From NCBI GenBank assembly GCA_037379345.1, contig CM074522.1, positions 5,208,001-5,272,000 on the forward strand: 64,000 nucleotides of DNA. Reading direction: 5' to 3'. The notes under the pieces are model-generated. The model made no database searches. It was not told the origin of the DNA and was given only the letters and a program-made list of their open reading frames with translations. Position numbers and translations under genes: made by a program. The stretch's first letter is position 1, and each line of letters starts with the position of its first letter. The stretch is from Perna viridis. Lineage: Eukaryota. Positions 53,279 through 64,000 of this stretch are shown piece by piece.

Positions 53279-53881
53279 TATACACAACAAAGAACATAAA
53301 GTAACTAAAATCATAATACAAAGTAACAAAAGCAAATGAGCAACTCGGACTCCACTGAAAACTGGAAGCTTAGAGCAGGTGCACCGGTAGGGTAAGCGTC
53401 CTCTGTTTTTCTAGAAAAACCCGCCGAGTTACTCATAAAAAGTCAAGTCCGGGGTAGATAAACGAGGAAAGGAAAACTATGACCCGTTGAATAAATCAGT
53501 TTTTATGGATATGAACACTCCATACGCAGGTGCTGAAGGGATGTTTCCACAGATGACAGGAAAAGTAATTACCTTTGTCGTAAAGTTTGGTCAATAGCTT
53601 TCCTTTACCATCGATTTGTAAGTGTAGGTCAAGATATGAGACTGACTTCACAGTGTCTGTAGTATCCTTTATCTCAAGTTCTTTGGGGTAGATGCGACGT
53701 ATCAAATCCCCGAAATTAGGATTCGTCATCTATATAGCGGAAACGGAGATTAAAGGATCAATCTTAACGATATTCTTTCTTTCGAATCAGATCAGCTATA
53801 AAGTCAGCCTCATAAGAGTGAAGGAATAGGTCAGTAAGTAAAGGAGCACAATTTGTTCCCATTGGAATGCCGACCGTTGAA
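53279..53881 (-). mobile_element. Penelope-like RT fragment with internal deletions plus 3' UTR
   Basis: TVGIPMGTNCAPLLTDLFLHSYEADF, FRYIDD, YPKELEIKDTTDTVKSVSYLDL. Confidence 0.9.
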
Positions 53882-54204
53882 CAATGAACTTCTTACTATG
53901 AATAAGGACGATAAATTGTATTTTTCATAATGAACTTCTTGAAGAAAATCGCAAAATGTTTGATGTCTACAATTCGGAAACGACGTAAATTGGTATATTG
54001 ATAAATCTAAGTTTACTTCCTCTGCTTTTTGCTCTTTATAACAACTTTAATTTACATTAAGATACATTAAATTTTCGTGCTTTTTTGGACATTTGTAAAT
54101 TTGGACTCACCAAACACCAAATACAAAAATGGAACCATATTCATATTGTGACTATGTCCTAAATTAAATTTGGAACGAACAAAAAAGCGAATAGGTCATG
54201 ATAC

Positions 54205-54355
54205 TTCTGGTCTAATTATAATTTTTAGAACGGTTGGTCGCCCCCCAAAATATATTATAGACCTCAGCTACGCTTCGGTCAGATAATGTTTTTGTGGATA
54301 TCAACCTGTCTATATATTGCTATATTAACACCGTGAACAAGTCGCTACATTATTG
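54205..54355. mobile_element. Crypton-like remnant
   Basis: GACCTCAGCTACGCTTCGGTC central palindrome-like motif. Confidence 0.35.
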
Positions 54356-54477
54356 TCATTGAAATACAACCGTTGTAAATAATGAGATTTTAAATACTTT
54401 CTAAGCCTTTTACCCTTTAGTGTATTTGATAGATAACATTTCCATGAAATATCATTATGAAGCAGTTTTACCCTTGC

Positions 54478-54708
54478 AATCGGCGGGTGTTTCTGGAAAA
54501 GCAGAGGACACTTACCCTATCGGTGCACCTGGTCCATGCTCCCCGTATTTAGTGGAGTCCGAGTTCCTCATTTGCTTTTGTTACTTTGTACGTGTGGTTT
54601 TTGTTACTTTGTGTTCTTTGTTGTGTATGTCTGTTTTCCATGTCTGGTCTTCGTCCCTGGATTGCATTCTTTTAATTACCGCTATAACCTTGGTTCCCTT
54701 GATTACTC
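54478..54708 (+). mobile_element. Penelope-like 3' UTR fragment
   Basis: Starts within the foldback 5' strand and runs to GATTACTC. Confidence 0.88.
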
Positions 54709-55877
54709 CTTTACACTTACAATCACGTTAATATGAGACTTTTGTATGGAGGGATCACCGCCTTATATGTTTTTATTTTGTATTTTTGTAAAGTCAAAAT
54801 CAATATAAAAAGCATAAACTACTATCAGAGTGTTTAAATGTAGTAACGTGTTGCCGTTGACTACAGCTATAGGACAAGTATGTTCGCTGTCAAATATCTT
54901 TATCCCATACAATAAACACTTTAAATGAACGTTTGGTCACACAATATGTAACTAATTTGATTTTAAATGTAATTCGATGCAGACTATCGAACGATTTACT
55001 ATTTTTTAATTTGACCCACCAACAAAATAGGTATCCGTTCGCAATATTCTGATGTAATTGTCTTTTACAATCGGTATTTAATAAAACAAATTCTACTATA
55101 AGTGGAATAAAATACCGCATGAATACTGTATATTGCTTATTTATTTAATATAACTAGAATTTAAAACGAGCATTTGAAGAGTTCGAACGTTGAAGTAGCA
55201 ATATATTAATGGCTGTAAATAATGTCATGAATCATGAATATATCGGGGTGCCCTACTTCGATTCTAACTTTTGCACTTTAACAACACTATGGTTAAGGTA
55301 GCATAGTTATTTTTCCTGTCCTTTGAACGCCTGCATCTGCTTTATCATCAACATTTAAAGCATTATTCAACATTAAAATGTAAAGTTGAGGGACGCAAAA
55401 CTGTATAATGTCAATTTTGAACGTAATGCACATTGTATAAAAGATAGCCTAAGGGATTCTGATATCTGGTGCTACTGGGAGAAATGCATATGGATTGAGA
55501 CACTAGCATTTAAACCTTTCAACAAAATTGAGAATGCTTAAACACAAATCTCCAAAATGTTCTCTGAAATAACAATTTAGCTGCTTCATAAGTATCATTC
55601 AATAGGTTTTGTTTCAAGAAATAATTTGCATGGATGCGTATAAATATTTCATGTAACAGTAAAAATGTATACAAAGTTTACTTTCGGTTTAAAGTACTAA
55701 AACGATCGTCATAAATACCAAAGTGTGAACAATGAGACAATTAAAATTAAAAAAAAAAAAACATTTCATGAACGTAAAAACAGGAATCCAAGATGATCTT
55801 ATTATAAAATGTAGCAAAACAAAATAGATAACAAAAAAAACTTAATATAAAACAATATATACGTAACACACTAAAGC

Positions 55878-55960
55878 ACTAGCAACATAAAATCCCACAA
55901 AAAAAACCGGAAGTGATGTGAGGTATCATATCCTGCTCTATTAGTGGTACCCGTCATATA
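55878..55960 (-). mobile_element. Third Penelope-like subfamily 3' foldback remnant
   Basis: Reverse complement ATGACGGGTACCACTAATAGAGCAGGATATG...CCGGTTTTT..GTGGGA..ATGTTGCT has the same layout as the main motif. Confidence 0.5.
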
Positions 55961-57520
55961 ACAAGTGAGTGTAATCAAGTAATATTATAGCAACAAAACG
56001 CAACTCTCTGACACTGCAAACTCTGGGTTTTTTTTGTATTGGTTTTGGATCATACATGTACATCTGTTCGTTGAATCAAAATAGAAGACTTATGTATTCA
56101 GTAATACTAAGATGAATTGCTCTCACGTTTAATAACGGTACATTTTTGTAATGAAATGCGAAATTAAGTCATTTGCTCTATGTTACGGGTTTTCCGTAAA
56201 TCTAACAATATCAAAGATGTTTAGTCGACATTTTTCATTGTCTTCAAACAAACGCCAGGAAACAACTCAATTTCGTTTTTGAAGGCTCTCATATCTTATG
56301 TGATAGAGATAAATGTTATTTTTTGCTGTAAGGGTGTGTAATAAATCTATGTGAAATACATCAAGAAAGATCGTTAAGGAAGATCAATTGTTCTTAAAAT
56401 ATTTGTTCGTTTCAAAAATATGGTATTTATCATTATTACGCGCTGATATCTTTAAAATCATGTTCGTTACATAATTTTTTGGTTATTTTAATGTTCTTTA
56501 CTTCACACGTTTGCTGTTGAAAAAGTTCTGAAATATTATCATTTAATGGTTTTAAAAGAAGATCTTCTCAAACGTCAAAGCTTAAAAATGCGTTATCGTC
56601 AGTTAATTAATGATTCGTACTAGATGATATATGCCTAAATATTATTACATTTGTATTTAATTAGTATACACTCAAATTTGAAGAACATGATTTCTTTGAA
56701 CATTTTGTTATAGATTTTAAATCCAATCAATAAACATCACAAAAATGATACCCATCAAAACTAAATTGCCTACCGTGAAAACCAAATTATTATTCACGAC
56801 AATCTGATTTTTGCATAATTGTACCTTTAAGAAGAGACGACAAATATTTAAATCGTAAAAAAATAATTTCAACGCATCTATTTCTTTATAACCTCGAGAT
56901 AATCGACGAGTTTCCTAAGTGCCGCTGTAGACTGCAACTATTTGAATCCGCGAAAGTTTATAAACATTTTGGTACCATACCTCATAAATTCGTTCCTTAA
57001 AAATACCAATTCTACGTTCAATCAAGGACAAACGTATCATCTGACAGCTCTTTAATGGAATGAATTTCCTCACAACATATACCATCCCAAGTCCCAAAAA
57101 CCTTACTTCGGTCAATAAATTCTCCCATTTATATTGAATTCCCACTGCTTGTTAAATGCTGCATTATAATATCACATAATAGTTCAAAACTTGGTTTGAA
57201 CCCCTATCTCTTTTTGAATGTCTTTTTATGTGAAAACTATTACAATTTTATTTCCATTTTTTATGAATATCGTGGTTTCCTTTTAGTATGAAACATGTTT
57301 CCCATTTCTTTTATCGAATACCATTGATTGAGGCAATTTATTTCTGGGCTACATTTATACATGTCATATCATAAATAAAGTGGGGCAACCATTGTTACCT
57401 GAGTAATAGGTACCCGAGTGATAGTAACCTGATTAATAGTAAAACATAACTGATAGAGTCATTGTTATTGCTGTTTTCATTTGTTAATAGACAAAAGTAC
57501 AAACTTAATAGGTCAGCAAT

Positions 57521-57724
57521 AGGACGTTTACCCTACCGGTGCACCTGGTCCATGCTCAGTTTTTTAGTGGAGTCTGAGTTGCTCACTTGTTTTGTTACTT
57601 TGTATGTATGATTTTAGTTACTTTATGTTCTTTGTTGAGTATGTCTGTTTTCCATGTCTGGTCTTTGTCCCTGGATTGCATTCTTTTGATTACCGCTATA
57701 ATCTTGGTTCCCTTGATTACTCTT
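57521..57724 (+). mobile_element. Penelope-like 3' UTR fragment
   Basis: AGGACG...GATTACTCT. Confidence 0.88.
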
Positions 57725-59207
57725 AATGAAGTTTATTTTTCCTCCTAGTATGTCCGGACATTCCATTTCTGTGGAGGGAGCATGATGAGTTGTTACATGA
57801 GTAAAATACATCAAGCGAATCTGGTGAAACACGAAAAATGCTAATCAAGCACTCTTTTGGTAATATATCATGCAAAGGGATTCTTGCCAATGTGATCCTT
57901 GCTCAATGTAATTAACTTTTTACAGACGACATTGTATCATGATATAATCATTAATTTCCCGGACAATCGTTATTTATTATTTTCTATTTGATGGCGGTAT
58001 ATTGTTTAAGTTCTCCTTCATCAAACCTTGTTAATCTAAAAACTCGAGCAGGGTGAAGTGACCAGCAAAACATACTCAAAATGATTGATATGTTCTTGTT
58101 TTTCATATTATTACTATTTCTAACACTTGCTGACCTATTAAATACCATTCTGTGTAAGAGTCAGGCAATCAGTGGCACATCATGATTCTCAATTTGGTCT
58201 ATTTTGCCTCAAATATATATATAATCTAGAAAACAACTGAAAAGCTATTTAAATTTACCCTTAAGCATCTGTGACGTAGATATTTTTTGATTGGTTTTAT
58301 CAGAACAAATGCGGAAAAAATTTCCCGCCATTTTTCCATAGTGCATTTCAACTAAATTTCACCTATCAATGTTTTAAAAAGGATACTTTTACAAGCACTT
58401 TGAAGGTTTCTTCTGGGGGTAATCAGGTATAAATACTTTGTTAATGCAATAAAATCTCTGTTTTTTTCTTCATGTGCCACACCTTATACACATTTTGCAT
58501 GATTCTTAGAGGGAGAAGTACTCAATATTCCACGCATATACAGCAGTCCTAGTCGTAAGGTATGATGTCAAAAAGATCATAATATTGTGACGTCATAACT
58601 TACGACTGATTTTACACTTACGAAATGTTTGTAAAATTGATTAACGTCATTGACTAATGGCTACCCTTCCGCATTTTTTCGAATTTCCTGTTTAAATGTC
58701 CGTTACACTCCTGTTAAGGGTTTGATTCGAAACTTTTTTTTAATTTGACCATTACACCCCAAAACGTAGTACTATATTTATCCTGAAAATACACTGTAAA
58801 ATGTAACGAATTTTCACCAGGTTTATATTTTCGACATTTGCACGAAGTCACACATATTCCGCTCGATTTTAGTTTCAAATGAAATTGCAAAACTTACAGC
58901 AGATATTAAATATTTTTACAAATAGAAAGAAACATCTTGTACAAATGAACACAAACGCATAATAAACAACTGATGGAGGTTTGGGTCATATATAGTATAC
59001 GCATATCTTCAGCAAAAACATATTTGTTAGCTAATAATGAATGTAATTGATCTTATAAATGTTAAAATAACTATTACTGATAAACTACACCTTGAAAATT
59101 ACATAAATATCACAATTTATTATTAGCAATAGTTACAAGAACGCGTGTTTTTATCCCTGTCAGTCTAAATCATGTTGCCTCATCACTTTCGATAGCCTTA
59201 GTTGTTA

Positions 59208-59520
59208 AAGAGTAATCAAGGGAACCAAAGTTATAGCGGTAATCAAAAGAATACAATCCAGGGACAAAGACCTGACACGGAAAACAGACATATACAACAA
59301 AGAACACAAAGTAACTAAAATCATATATACAAAGCAACAAAAGCAAATGAGAAACTCGGACGCCACTTAAAACTAGGCGCATGGGCCAGGTGCATCGGTA
59401 GGGTAAGCGTCATCTGCTATAGAAACACCGGCCGAGTAGCTCATAAAAAGTCAAGTCTGGGGTAGACAAACGAGGAAATGAAAACTATGACCCGTTGAAT
59501 AAATCAGTTTTCATGGTGCA
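59208..59520 (-). mobile_element. Penelope-like 3' fragment, with an adjacent older fragment at 59608-59676
   Basis: TMKTDLFNGS* plus the 3' UTR. Confidence 0.88.
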
Positions 59521-59721
59521 GTAATCAAAAGAACTAAAAATGCAAGCAAAGAACAAGGAACAAATATCATATATCGTTAACAAAAACACCCAAAAGAGAC
59601 GTAAAATAATTAAAAATACTTACAAAGTATCATAAATAAGTTAGCAGCTCGGAGTCCACTAAAACTGGGAGCATAGAGCAAAGAAAATATAGCATCAATA
59701 ATATCGAAACACGTTATATAT

Positions 59722-59875
59722 ATAATCTGACTTAAAAGCATATACCGATAAAATCGATTTAGGCAAATTTGTCTGCGTTGTCTGAATATATGGCAACTAT
59801 GTGTATATATATATAACACATATAACTCATATAAAATATATGATTTTATCGGTATATGCTTTTAAGTCAGATTAT
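59722..59875. repeat. Perfect 34-bp inverted repeat with 86-nt spacer
   Basis: ATAATCTGACTTAAAAGCATATACCGATAAAATC (59722-59755) and its exact reverse complement (59842-59875). Confidence 0.9.
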
Positions 59876-60739
59876 TTTTTTTCTTCTATTTCGAAATCCC
59901 TAATTCGTTGTCAAAGCCAATGGGTTCTTCATTATAAAGTCTACGAACCGTATGATTAAAAAGGGGGTGTCGCCGACATAACAGTTCTATCTTATTTTAT
60001 AAGGTAGGGAAAAGCGATTGAATATAATTAAATTTCATGGCTTGAAAGGTTCTATTCCCTCAACAATTGTCTAGGTTTTGAAAAACGGTAATGTTTTCCA
60101 GAATAGACTTTAAGCCACTTCGTCATTTCATACAGTTTTGACAAATAATCGTGAAAATAAAAAAAATATATGAGTATTAAACATACAGAAGGCTAAACTC
60201 TCCATATTGCATTTTATCGCATAGGGCATTGCACGGTTTTGTCTACGTTTCAGTACAAAGTCGATAAAGGGAATTTATTTATTATAATCCGTGAACAAAA
60301 CTCCATTAAAAGGTTTATCAAGCACGAACATTGTTCATCAACGTGCCAGTTATTCATTAATATAAGAAGATAACTTCTGTCAGCTAGATCTTTTTCTGAC
60401 GTTATATCTTCAACTGGGACGAAAAAGTGTCAAAGGAACATCATATTAATTTTTCAGAAATTAATAAACCGGCTTTATCGAAGGATGCATGCAAATAATT
60501 TTAATTTTGATTAATAATAATTTCCATGGAAACAAGTTTATCTAAACTTAATTCTATGTAATTGTAATGATATGCGAATATAGTCTAATATAATGACGTT
60601 CAAATTACGGAAACAAGAAAGTTGTGTTTCATAGGCATTTCGCAAAAGACAATGATCACAAAAAAAAACACTACAACTACGTGAATTTAATTTTGATTCA
60701 GAATGAAATCAAATCCCATGATATGGCATATGTATAAAT

Positions 60740-61927
60740 TAGTTCTGTTTGAATATCGAGTGGCTGTGACAACTACTGGACACAAACAAGTGTTGACGAA
60801 CGAATGAAAGGACGGGCGGATAGTGTTAATGATAACGTTATACCGCACACAAAACGGGGGGTATTCCAGGAAAAAAAATGAAAATACATGTAACAATTAT
60901 AGTAAATAATATATTTTCAAAGTTTTGTCAATTCAATACACCGCGAATTTATATAACATTATATTTAGTACATAATTTCAAGTATTGTCCATGTTGTAGC
61001 CAATTTATTTCGAACTAAGAAGAACCCTTTTCGAATAGGTGACTGATATTAATAGTTCCGTTTACATTCGAACACTTTATGTATATAATAGTTCTACATA
61101 TGATGTTTTAGCTTCTTTCAATCATTGCGTTTTCCGACAAAGAAACCCGACACAGTTTCCCCTTCGTTGATGTGGTCTTGATTGTTTCGCATGTATATAT
61201 TCCACATTGTGGTGTTTGTTATATTTGCTGTCTTTGTGGGTTTACTTTATTGTTCATCTAATGCAGTAGTCATCTCATAGGAATTTATCTCTACAAGTAA
61301 ACTTTTCAGCTAGTTCACTTGATCTACAATTTATCACAGAAAAATGCATTTATTACAACAAATAAGTCATTGGCTTGACGGAAATTCAAAGAAATTGAGA
61401 ACAAAATTGAATATCAGTCACGCCTACACAACTGTCTAAAACTTCAACAATAATCATACGTCAAACTATGAAAGAAATAATGTCTCAGGTTTCAAATTAT
61501 TTGTAAGTATGAAAATTTAAAGTACTTACATCAATAACATTCTATACAACAATTTTCATTTCAGTTTTTGAAGATTTATATTTTAAACATAATATGGCAA
61601 ATTATTCTGTTAATCACTACCAAGCTACAATATGCGTTTCCTACCCTGCAAACCATTTTAAACAAGTCTTGCAAAATTCTAGAACATTATTTAGATAAGC
61701 GTCTTATGACAATCGTTTACGGTGAGTACAAAAAATTCACTTTTTTGCCGTCTCTGTACTATTTTGTACATATCAGACTCAGTTCTGAACACGAACCATT
61801 ACACAATATAACAAGCTCCGAACAGCGTCTGACGTTCGAAATTCACCCTACACGCTGCAGCCAGCCCTCCCAGAAAATGCAAGAGATAATTCACATTGAA
61901 AATCCAACAGTTTCAATTGTATTGTAG
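60740..61927 (+). pseudogene. Decayed EGF-like single-pass receptor 3' end (EGF, TM, cytoplasmic tail)
   Basis: SGCDNYWT..KC at ~60760. Hydrophobic exon from 61112 (IVVFVIFAVFVGLLYC). Exons 61565-61721 and 61777-61927 have canonical AG/GTGAGT sites and splice in frame apart from one TAA. Confidence 0.45.
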
Positions 61928-64000
61928 TGTCATTTACAGAGTTGTCTTCCTTTATTTTGAATTCTACTTTACATTATGTATAATTGGTATCTCTTATGAA
62001 CACGGGTTATTTGAAAAGCCACATGTTACCGTCTATTTACTTTAACAATTAAACAAAATATCAAAAATAAAAATATATAGGTTTTCCAACCATGAATCAC
62101 ATTTTGCATGATTCTTAGCAGGAGTGCTATTTAATTTTTTCTAAAATATTAAGACGACCGGTGGAACTATCTTACTATTTTAAGTTATAAGTTATATATT
62201 GGTACAACTTTATTGTATGTAGTGAATAAACGAGGAAGTACTATTCAGGGGTAAAATATCGCTTTTATCTGAGCCGAATATAATGCGTTACTTTTTGCAT
62301 TTTGTTGGGAAGGGAATGTTGAAGGTTTTGGTACGATCTTGATGGTATAAGTCATTTCCGTTATTTTAAGATAGAAAAACTAGCAGAGAATATATAGTGA
62401 TCATACATATTATTTTAAAAACAGCTTCTGTCCCACAGGGAAAGCTTATATATGCTGCTTTTTCTTTCATTAACACAAGTGAATAATATCTACCCTAATG
62501 TTTAAAGCAGCATGCATATATGTTACGTAGTAATTAGCGGGCTCGTTGTTAAATAATATAGCCTAAATGTATGCATAAAATGAAACATCGTGAAGTCTGT
62601 CTTGAATTATATTCTCTCTACAAAAATTGGAAACCCATTTGTTGTTAACAATGTAAATTGCTCCTGAAACATGAATATAAATAAGGCTTATGTATGCAAA
62701 GGAGATTTTGATTAGTTTGGATATTGACACTTTGCGTTTAGTGATATAAAAGTGTTTTGTAAAACCTTGGTATTACATGAATACAATATAGCCGATTGTA
62801 GGAATTCCTTTGTTTTGAACTTTATATCAATTATCATCTAATGTGGATCTATTTAATTATATATTTTATTGTAAAGGTAAGATTAGTCTTCATAGCTATT
62901 ACATTAATCTTCTATGAAGGCATTTCTTATACTTTTAAATGATAAAGCCATTTAATGGGAGAGGCTGTCATCTATAAGTCCAAGGTAGTGTGCCATTTGT
63001 TGTTCATCAACATAAATATTCTCGGTGAACTTTAAATGATAGGAAAGTAAAACTTTATTTTACGTGCACATTTACATGATCGTCATGATACAGGAAGGTT
63101 TATAATGTGTTTGCAATGGTTACGCTAATCACTTTTATATGTATTTTTGCATTTAATATACACGGCCTTATAAGAAGTTGGTATAAAAATAACACATTTG
63201 CGTGATACGATTGTTTACAAGATAGACTTGTAAATTGATGATGATACCAAAACCACGTTCTTCTTCGAGACATACATGTATAAAGTCTGGAAGAATACCC
63301 AAGCCAAGTGCACAAGTTTTATGGTAACCTCTTCCCCTCAATTACATTTTAAATCCGGGTTGGTCATAATCTATTAATAATGTTTTGTATTGTGTTTGTC
63401 GTTTGTAGTTTATGTCTACGTTGTATGTATTCTAAACAAAAGACGTAGTTATATTTTACCATAATGGACCAACTTTTTCTTTACTCATTCATTTAAACAA
63501 ATATAATGGTTTATAACATTGGATAGTGTGTTTCTCTGTCGCTGTACTACAATACATCTTTAATGATTTTTTTTTAACCAATTGCATATGAACGCTTGTA
63601 ATTGTGTTCCATTTGCTTTACACTAGTGTTGATGGTGCAACAGCACTTAAAGGTTGGGTTATAAGATAGCAAAAGCGGCAATATATTGTAAACAGCTGTT
63701 GTAATCCAGTTTCAATTTATGTCAGCATCTAAGCATCTACCATGATTTGGAAAATTTGGAAAATTTGTTTTCATTATATGTTCCATTAATGTTTATTGCA
63801 TCTTCTGATTTTCCTTTTTTTATTCAAAAAGAATAAACACATATTCCGTACGAAAATTATACTATACTGTTTCTTTTTTGTCTCTGTCAGCACATTCTAT
63901 TTATTCAGATAATAACTTTACTACTAATGATAAGTGGAATATCCATGGTTCGAAAAGAAAACACTGTTTAACGAAAAAACTAAGTACATGTGCGCTCAAT

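Overview
AT-rich, repeat-rich eukaryotic DNA with no intact long ORF. It is most consistent with a bivalve mollusc (oyster-like), inferred from the repeat types. About 9 kb (roughly 14%, ~23 fragments, my count) derives from one Penelope-like retroelement family whose RT ends the ORF (Naiad-type). Most copies are 5'-truncated, share a 3' end and keep a ~100-nt foldback. That foldback can form a multi-helix junction plus a loop-junction pseudoknot, and it is the most interesting signal here because Naiads are reported to lack canonical hammerheads. The window also holds two full-length ~0.5 kb TSD-flanked retroposons without Pol III boxes and with a structured 5' end, old RUDI-like SINEs, several MITEs and Crypton-like elements. 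Between the repeats lie heavily decayed exons that I read, across stops and frameshifts, as a multi-CUB single-pass membrane gene (30.6-37.2 kb, minus strand) and several MEGF/SREC-like EGF-repeat receptor pseudogenes. Most ORFs in the supplied track are spurious or come from the retroelement 3' UTR. All family assignments are by eye and need database confirmation.
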